Of a stretch of DNA of 64,000 nucleotides, positions 58,332 through 64,000 are shown in pieces. A program made the position numbers and the translations under genes. The notes under the pieces were generated by a model. The model had not been told where the DNA came from and did not search any database. It worked only from the letters and a program-made list of their open reading frames with translations. This stretch comes from an uncultured Bacillales bacterium (GTDB lineage Bacteria > Bacillota_I > Bacilli_A > RFN20 > CAG-826), in assembly GCA_905197045.1 (NCBI GenBank), contig CAJJXG010000002.1, positions 1,312-65,311 on the forward strand, given 5' to 3'. Within the stretch, counting starts at the first letter, position 1. Each line of letters starts with the position of its first letter.

Positions 58332-59754
58332 GCATTTAGAAAAGATATATAAAGCTGAACCAAGTAAAAATATTGCTGAAACTATTGCAGTAAAAGATTT
58401 TAATCTTGACATTAACGATGGTGAACTTGTCGCTTTATTAGGTCCATCTGGTTGTGGAAAATCCACAACTTTATATATGATTAGCGGACTTATTGATCCA
58501 ACAAGTGGAAAAATATTTTTTGGTGAAGATGATGTAACAAAGCTAGCTAGTGAAAAAAGAAGCATTGGTTTTGTTTTTCAAAATTATGCATTATATCCTC
58601 ATATGAGCATTTTTAAAAACATCTCTTTTCCACTCACTAATTTAAAAATCAATTCCTATTTATATTCTTCTCAAATAGTTAATCTTTTAAAGATAAAGAA
58701 AATTATTGAGACTGATTTTGAAAGAGTGCTTGAACTAGTCGAAAAAGCCAAAGAGAATAACAAAGTTAATCGTTTTACTTTAGTTAATATTTTTAAAAAA
58801 GAATACAAACTTTCAAAAAGAGGAAGTGAAAGTTTATATTCTTTTCTTGTTAAAAATGATTTTAAAAAAGAAAAAATGCTCCTTTTTGTCGAAAAAAGAA
58901 TTAAACAATATAAAAAGATACTATCTATATTTAGAAAAAGAGTTGATGAAGAAGGATTTTTTCTTTCAATAAATGACGAAAGAATTAAAAGAATTAGAAA
59001 ATTATATAAAGATGAAATGGATGTTTTAGTTAATGATGTTGCTCGTATTGTTAAAATCGAGGATTATCTAGAAAGAAAACCAAGTGAATTAAGTGGTGGT
59101 CAACAACAAAGAGTAGCTATTGCTAGAGCGCTTGTTAAAAAACCAAAAGTTTTACTTTTAGATGAACCTTTGTCTAATCTTGATGCTCGTTTAAGAATAG
59201 AAACTCGAGAAGAAATTAGACGCATTCAAAAAGAAACAGGAATTACTACAATTTTTGTGACTCACGATCAAGATGAAGCTATGGCGATTGCTGATAAGAT
59301 GGTTGTTATGAGTATGGGTGAAATTCAACAAGTTGGTAAGCCTCAAGAAATTTATAAAAATCCTAAAAATTTATTTGTTGCAAAGTTTTTAGGAGTGCCT
59401 CCAATTAACTTATTTAAAGGCTACATTAAAAATAATCATTTATATATTGGAGATGAATTAATTAGCGAAAAAGAGATCAAAATAGAAGATAAAGAAGTAG
59501 TAATTGGAATTCGTCCTGAAGCTTATGAACTAGTTTCAAGTGATTCTAAAATTGGTTTAACTTTAAAAATGGATAAGATTTATAAGTCTGGAAGAGACCT
59601 TACTTTAATATCTATTTCTAAATTTGCATTAAATGAAATTAAACAAATTCTTGATAGTGATACAAAAGGAATTGAAAGCTTAAATAAATTCAAAATTAAC
59701 GAAGAACGATTATTCGTTTTTGATGCAAAAAGTGAAAAAAGAATTGAGTTTTAA
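58315..59754 (+). CDS. sugar-type ABC ATP-binding protein paralog (MsmK-like, with insertion), no adjacent permease
   Basis: 479 aa with the same motifs as 49167..50621, including GPSGCGKST, LSGGQQQRVAIARAL and VTHDQDEAM. A 32-nt run at 59206-59237 is identical to 50055-50086. Confidence 0.88.
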   Translation: MKIKIEHLEKIYKAEPSKNIAETIAVKDFNLDINDGELVALLGPSGCGKSTTLYMISGLIDPTSGKIFFGEDDVTKLASEKRSIGFVFQNYALYPHMSIFKNISFPLTNLKINSYLYSSQIVNLLKIKKIIETDFERVLELVEKAKENNKVNRFTLVNIFKKEYKLSKRGSESLYSFLVKNDFKKEKMLLFVEKRIKQYKKILSIFRKRVDEEGFFLSINDERIKRIRKLYKDEMDVLVNDVARIVKIEDYLERKPSELSGGQQQRVAIARALVKKPKVLLLDEPLSNLDARLRIETREEIRRIQKETGITTIFVTHDQDEAMAIADKMVVMSMGEIQQVGKPQEIYKNPKNLFVAKFLGVPPINLFKGYIKNNHLYIGDELISEKEIKIEDKEVVIGIRPEAYELVSSDSKIGLTLKMDKIYKSGRDLTLISISKFALNEIKQILDSDTKGIESLNKFKINEERLFVFDAKSEKRIEF

Positions 59755-59936
59755 AAGGTTTTTTCAGTAAAAAAGTATAAAAGTTGCTACTTGACCTATA
59801 GTTTCAAATATCTTAGTTAACTAAATCTAACAGTTAAATTAGTACATGTAATTAGATAGACAAAAATGTTCTATAGATTTTTTTATTCTTTTTTATAAAA
59901 AGAATAGAGTTTATAATAACTGAACAGAGGAAAATT

Positions 59937-61454
59937 ATGTTAAAGAAGAGTTTGTTTTTATTATCAGCATTATTATTGGTGACTTCTTGTGAAAATCATC
60001 CTACAAATATTGAAAAATATAATTTAAGTATTGTTTGTGATTCAAATGAAGGCTATGTAACCGGCTCTATTAATGGAGCTTATGAATATGGAAGTGAAAT
60101 TTCTATCACTGCAAACGCAAATAAAGGTTATGAGTTTAGTGGTTTTTTAGATAATGATGTTCCTGTTATTTCTCATTCTAATACCTACACATTTAATATA
60201 ACTCAAGATACTGAAATTAAAGTAGAATTTACAAAACTTGAAACTACAAATTTTTATGACTTTGACATCGTTTTTGATGAATCAATGGGAAATGTAGAAG
60301 GAACAGCTAGTGGAAGTTATGAAGAAAATACTGAAATTTCTTTAAAAGCCCTTCCTTTCGAAAACTATATATTTGTTGGTTTTTATGCAGATGATGAAAT
60401 CTTAACTGAAAATGATTCATATAATTTTACTTTAACTGGGGATACATCTATTGAAGCAAGATTTTCTGCAAATACTGAGAAACCAGACAATCCTGACGAT
60501 AATCCAGATAATCCTGATAATCCAGACAAACCTGACGATAATCCAGATAATCCTGATATTCCAGACAATCCTGATGATCCAAATAATAAGCCTGTTAACG
60601 ATTATAATTACCTTTATGACAATACAATTCTTCCAGATCGTGGAAACCAAAACGTTGATATTGATGAATACTATGAACCTTGCAAAGGTTTAAAAGGCGA
60701 AGAATTGAAAGATGCTTTACATGAAATAATATCTGGCCATGAAAGCTTTAGCTACAATAGTTCAAAAAATAGTTGGAACAAAAGTGATGTTTTAAATGGT
60801 CAAGAATATGTTTTTTATGAAGGCACAAATTCAAAAACAAGAATAAGTAGTTGTAATAGAGAGCATGTTTGGGCAAAATCACATGGTAATTTTGGTGAAA
60901 GTCAACCAACTGGTAGCGATTATCATAATTTACACCCAACAACATCTAATTTGAATAGTACCAGAGGCAACATGGATTTTGGTGAAGTTGATAAAACTCA
61001 ATCTTATAAGGATGCTGGTTCTGATTATGCTTATTCAACACCAAGTATGAAGGGAAATTATATTGGAAAAAGCAAAACTACTAAAGAAACTGTTTTTGAA
61101 CCAAAAGATGAATTTAAAGGTGATACCGCAAGAACAATCTTTTATATGGCTGTAAGATATGATGGTGATTCAGGAGAAATTGATTTAGAAGTTGATGGCG
61201 CAATTGATACATCAAGATATTATGATTTTACAGCCGGTGCTAAAGGATTACATGGCAACTTTAATGACTTATATAAATGGGCCACAACCGACGTTGATCC
61301 TGTAAGTGATTTTGAAGTACATAGAAATAATGTTATTGATGAAGATTATCAACATAACCGTAATCCTTTTATTGATCATCCAGAATTTGTAATTATGATT
61401 TATGACAAGAACTATGATGGACCAGGAGCCTTACTTGATGGCAATTTAAAATAA
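59937..61454 (+). CDS. extracellular nuclease lipoprotein (endonuclease I family C-terminal domain)
   Basis: Lipobox LLVTSCEN, then two InlB-B-repeat-like modules (GYEFSGF / YIFVGFY) and a PDNPD proline/aspartate linker. The C-terminus has REHVWAKSHG, NLHPTTSNLNSTRGN, FKGDTARTIFYMAVRY and NRNPFIDHPE. Confidence 0.8.
   Translation: MLKKSLFLLSALLLVTSCENHPTNIEKYNLSIVCDSNEGYVTGSINGAYEYGSEISITANANKGYEFSGFLDNDVPVISHSNTYTFNITQDTEIKVEFTKLETTNFYDFDIVFDESMGNVEGTASGSYEENTEISLKALPFENYIFVGFYADDEILTENDSYNFTLTGDTSIEARFSANTEKPDNPDDNPDNPDNPDKPDDNPDNPDIPDNPDDPNNKPVNDYNYLYDNTILPDRGNQNVDIDEYYEPCKGLKGEELKDALHEIISGHESFSYNSSKNSWNKSDVLNGQEYVFYEGTNSKTRISSCNREHVWAKSHGNFGESQPTGSDYHNLHPTTSNLNSTRGNMDFGEVDKTQSYKDAGSDYAYSTPSMKGNYIGKSKTTKETVFEPKDEFKGDTARTIFYMAVRYDGDSGEIDLEVDGAIDTSRYYDFTAGAKGLHGNFNDLYKWATTDVDPVSDFEVHRNNVIDEDYQHNRNPFIDHPEFVIMIYDKNYDGPGALLDGNLK
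60483..60590 (+). repeat. in-frame tandem repeat encoding the (P-D-N/D/K) linker
   Basis: Reiterated CCAGAyAATCCTGAyrAT units encode PDNPDDNPDNPDNPDKPDDNPDNPDIPDNPDDP. Confidence 0.85.
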
Positions 61455-61459
61455 TTTAT

Positions 61460-64000
61460 ATGACAAAAGCCAAATTTTTAAGTTTAATACCATTCTTTAG
61501 TCTATCCTTATTGCTTAGTTCATGTAATTCAAGTATAAGTCAAAATACCAATGAACTTTGTACTGATGGAATTCCATTTAAAACAAATTATTATGTTGGA
61601 GATAAACTTGAACTAGCTGATGGTTTTCACGTTTATGACAAAAGTTCTAATATAAATATTATTGATTATTCGTTTTATTTAAATAATAAGCTAGAAGTTT
61701 TTGGCGGCTATGTTTTTGATATTGTCGGAACTTATGATGTTTATATTAGAAGTAATGGCTATCAAGATTATAAAATACCAGATTATACTTTAGTGGTAAG
61801 TGAGGCATCAAAAAGTTTAATTGCTGATACTTCAAACATGAAATTAGAATATCATGTTGGCGAAGCGTTAAGCTTTAATGGCTTAAAAGTTTATGATGGT
61901 TTTGGTAAGGAAGTATTTGACTATAACATTAATTTTGCTTTTTCAGAAGGTGATATTTTAAAACATAGTGGCAGTTATCTTGTTACTATCTCAAAAAAAG
62001 GGTATTTATCAACATCGTTTTATATAAAAGTATTAGAAGATGAAAATTTATATTTAGATATTAGTAATATTAGAACTATTTTTACTATAGGAGAAAAATT
62101 TTTTTATGAAGGACTTATAGTAAAGGACAAAAATGGAAATGAAATTAATGATTATGAAATTTCTTTAAAAAGCGGGACCATTTTAAATACTAGTGGTTTA
62201 ATTGATGTAACAGTCAGTAAAACTCATTTTAAAGATGCTAGTTTTCAAATCGAAGTCATTACTCAAAAGATATTACTTTTAAATAAAAAACCTGCAAAAA
62301 CTGAATATAAAATTGGAGAACAAATAAATTTAAATGATATAGAAATAGTTGAAACTCCAAATTATGATATTGTTAAAGAATACGATTTATTTTTAGATAA
62401 TCAAGAAATTTCTCCTAGCCATATCTTTGATGAAAGTGGGCATTTTAAGGTTGAAATAAAAAAAGATAATTATATACCAACCTATTTTGAAATTGATGTT
62501 TTACCAGCTGGTTTAGAAATCGTTTCCTTACCTACCAAAACCGAATATGTAGTTGGCGATACTTTTGATAGTACTGGATTAAAAGTAAGTGATGGATTTA
62601 ACGAAATTAGTGACTATACTTTAAGTCTAGAAAATGGGTCACTTCTTAGACATAGTGGTGAAATCAAAATTGAAATTACAAAAGATGACTATAGGAAGAC
62701 CTCTTTTTTAATTAATGTTAAAAATATAAAAGGGATGAAAATGAAAAATAGTCCTAAAGTTTATTATGAAAGAGGTGATAAATTTACTTTAGATGGTCTC
62801 TCACTTGTTGATAATAATTCTTTATCGCAAATTTTAATGTTTGATTCTTCAATTAAAGAAGGAGAAACTTTAAATAGTGTTGGTATTTTTGACGTTACTT
62901 TATCATCAAATAATTATCCTGACTTGACTTATCAAATCGAAGTTAGCGAGCCTTTAGCACTTGGAGAAACTACAACTTTTGATATTTATTCAATTAATGA
63001 TACACATGGTAGTTTTACAAGAAATGATGAAAATTTTGAGGCAGGTATTTCATATATTGCTGATTATTTTTTAGAGAGAAAAAGTGGAAATAATATATAT
63101 TTAAGCGCTGGTGATATGTGGCAAGGCGGCATTGAATCGAATAGCACTAAAGGTATCATCATGAGTGAAGCCATGAATATAATGGGAATTGAAGCCATGA
63201 GTATTGGTAATCATGAATTTGATTGGGGTGTTGAAGAAATAGAAAATAATTTAAAAGTTATGGAATTTCCTTTACTTGGCTGCAATATTTTTTATAAAAA
63301 TACAAATACCTTAGTTGATTTTTTAGAGCCATACACAATCATTGATAAAAACAATATTAAAATTGGAATAATTGGTGGGGTAATGGAAGGAATTGGCAGT
63401 TCTATTATTCAATCAATAAGTAAAGATTTTGATTATGTCGATCCTGTTCCTCTTGTTAAAGACTATAGTGATGAGTTACGTGAGAAGGGATGTGACATTA
63501 TAATCTTTTTAGTCCATGATGGTGGCTTCGAAGGATATAGTGGTGAACCAACAAAATATAATTCTTTAACTCAAATTAGTGATAATAGTGGGAAAAGATA
63601 TATTGATAGTTTTATTTTTGCTCACGATCATCTTAGAAAAGAAGGGATTTATAACGGTGTTCCTTTTGTTGAAGCTGGTTCTAATGGTGGATATATTGGT
63701 AATATTTCCTTATCTATTAGAAGAAATTCTTATGATGAATTTGAAGTTGAAAGTAGTGAGACCGATATTATTAATGCCTATTATACCTGTACAACTTCAA
63801 ATAAAGAGGTTGACGCTTTATTAAATATTTATAGTGACGTTATTATTAATCCAAATGATGTGATATATAAATTTTCAAAATCTTATAGTAGTAGTGAATT
63901 TACTTTAATTGTTTGTCAAGCGATGATGTGGTTTGTTCAAGAGAATAGATCAATATTTGGAGTTGATGATGTTTATTTAAGTACTCATAACTATGCAGGA
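61460..64000 (+). CDS. lipoprotein with ~7 Ig-like repeats and a 5'-nucleotidase/metallophosphoesterase domain (partial, continues past window end)
   Basis: Absent from the ORF track (open at the edge). My translation from ATG 61460 is MTKAKFLSLIPFFSLSLLLSSCNSS (lipobox). About 80-aa repeats of the type Y-VGD/E-L---GLKV-D follow. The catalytic region reads FDIYSINDTHG, SAGDMWQG, GNHEFDWG and FLVHDGG. Confidence 0.85.
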   Translation, partial: MTKAKFLSLIPFFSLSLLLSSCNSSISQNTNELCTDGIPFKTNYYVGDKLELADGFHVYDKSSNINIIDYSFYLNNKLEVFGGYVFDIVGTYDVYIRSNGYQDYKIPDYTLVVSEASKSLIADTSNMKLEYHVGEALSFNGLKVYDGFGKEVFDYNINFAFSEGDILKHSGSYLVTISKKGYLSTSFYIKVLEDENLYLDISNIRTIFTIGEKFFYEGLIVKDKNGNEINDYEISLKSGTILNTSGLIDVTVSKTHFKDASFQIEVITQKILLLNKKPAKTEYKIGEQINLNDIEIVETPNYDIVKEYDLFLDNQEISPSHIFDESGHFKVEIKKDNYIPTYFEIDVLPAGLEIVSLPTKTEYVVGDTFDSTGLKVSDGFNEISDYTLSLENGSLLRHSGEIKIEITKDDYRKTSFLINVKNIKGMKMKNSPKVYYERGDKFTLDGLSLVDNNSLSQILMFDSSIKEGETLNSVGIFDVTLSSNNYPDLTYQIEVSEPLALGETTTFDIYSINDTHGSFTRNDENFEAGISYIADYFLERKSGNNIYLSAGDMWQGGIESNSTKGIIMSEAMNIMGIEAMSIGNHEFDWGVEEIENNLKVMEFPLLGCNIFYKNTNTLVDFLEPYTIIDKNNIKIGIIGGVMEGIGSSIIQSISKDFDYVDPVPLVKDYSDELREKGCDIIIFLVHDGGFEGYSGEPTKYNSLTQISDNSGKRYIDSFIFAHDHLRKEGIYNGVPFVEAGSNGGYIGNISLSIRRNSYDEFEVESSETDIINAYYTCTTSNKEVDALLNIYSDVIINPNDVIYKFSKSYSSSEFTLIVCQAMMWFVQENRSIFGVDDVYLSTHNYAG

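Noticed and set aside
60483-60590. Short tandem repeats as a possible CRISPR or minisatellite locus (also the acidic region 26380-26620)
   Set aside because: The units are 6-18 bp, contiguous with no unique spacers, and in frame within coding genes, where they encode PDNPD and E/N/D/S linkers. No cas genes are present.
63579-63824. 81-aa ORF listed in the track
   Set aside because: It is an alternate frame inside the 5'-nucleotidase lipoprotein gene (61460..>64000), whose frame carries clear metallophosphoesterase motifs through this region.

Overview
This is an AT-rich chromosomal segment using the standard genetic code. TGA terminates trkH and the P-type ATPase gene, and TAG terminates pyk. 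Gene content and order look like a low-GC Bacillota/Mollicutes-type organism, possibly Acholeplasma-like. The supporting observations are: pfkA-pyk, dnaB-dnaI and polA-fpg-coaE gene order, a T-box on thrS, many lipoproteins with lipoboxes, and no LPXTG or cell-wall genes seen. I ran no database search, so all function calls rest on motifs I recognise in the supplied translations or in my own translations.

Layout:
- 1-20 kb is housekeeping: thrS with a T-box, pfkA-pyk, dnaB-like/dnaI, glgB-glgP, and a tightly packed minus-strand operon ackA-nrnA-dnaE-polA-fpg::coaE.
- 20-29 kb holds LemA/DUF3137, tRNA-Asp/Phe, CarD-like, trxB, tRNA-Gly followed by about 1 kb of repeat-rich non-coding DNA with a gene remnant, a BspA-type LRR lipoprotein and an SDR.
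- 29-49 kb holds a Na,K-ATPase-like P-type pump coupled to two RCK (TrkA-like) genes, a collagen-like surface lipoprotein broken by an in-frame TAG, transporters, tRNA-Lys, a five-gene coupled operon (GNAT / esterase / Zn-protease / two RDD proteins) and TrkH-TrkA.
- 49-64 kb holds a sugar ABC system, a tasA/sipW-like module (large surface protein, 59-aa acidic protein, ER/archaeal-type signal peptidase), an orphan ABC ATPase paralog, and two adjacent lipoproteins (endonuclease I family and 5'-nucleotidase family, the latter running off the window).

Most interesting candidates:
- the SipW-type secretion module
- the P2C-like ATPase with RCK partners and a non-canonical DGEA A-domain motif
- the Fpg::CoaE fusion
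- DnaI with degenerate ATPase motifs
- the insertion-bearing MsmK-type ATPase paralogs
- the amber-interrupted surface protein

No CRISPR array, transposase or integrase was seen.
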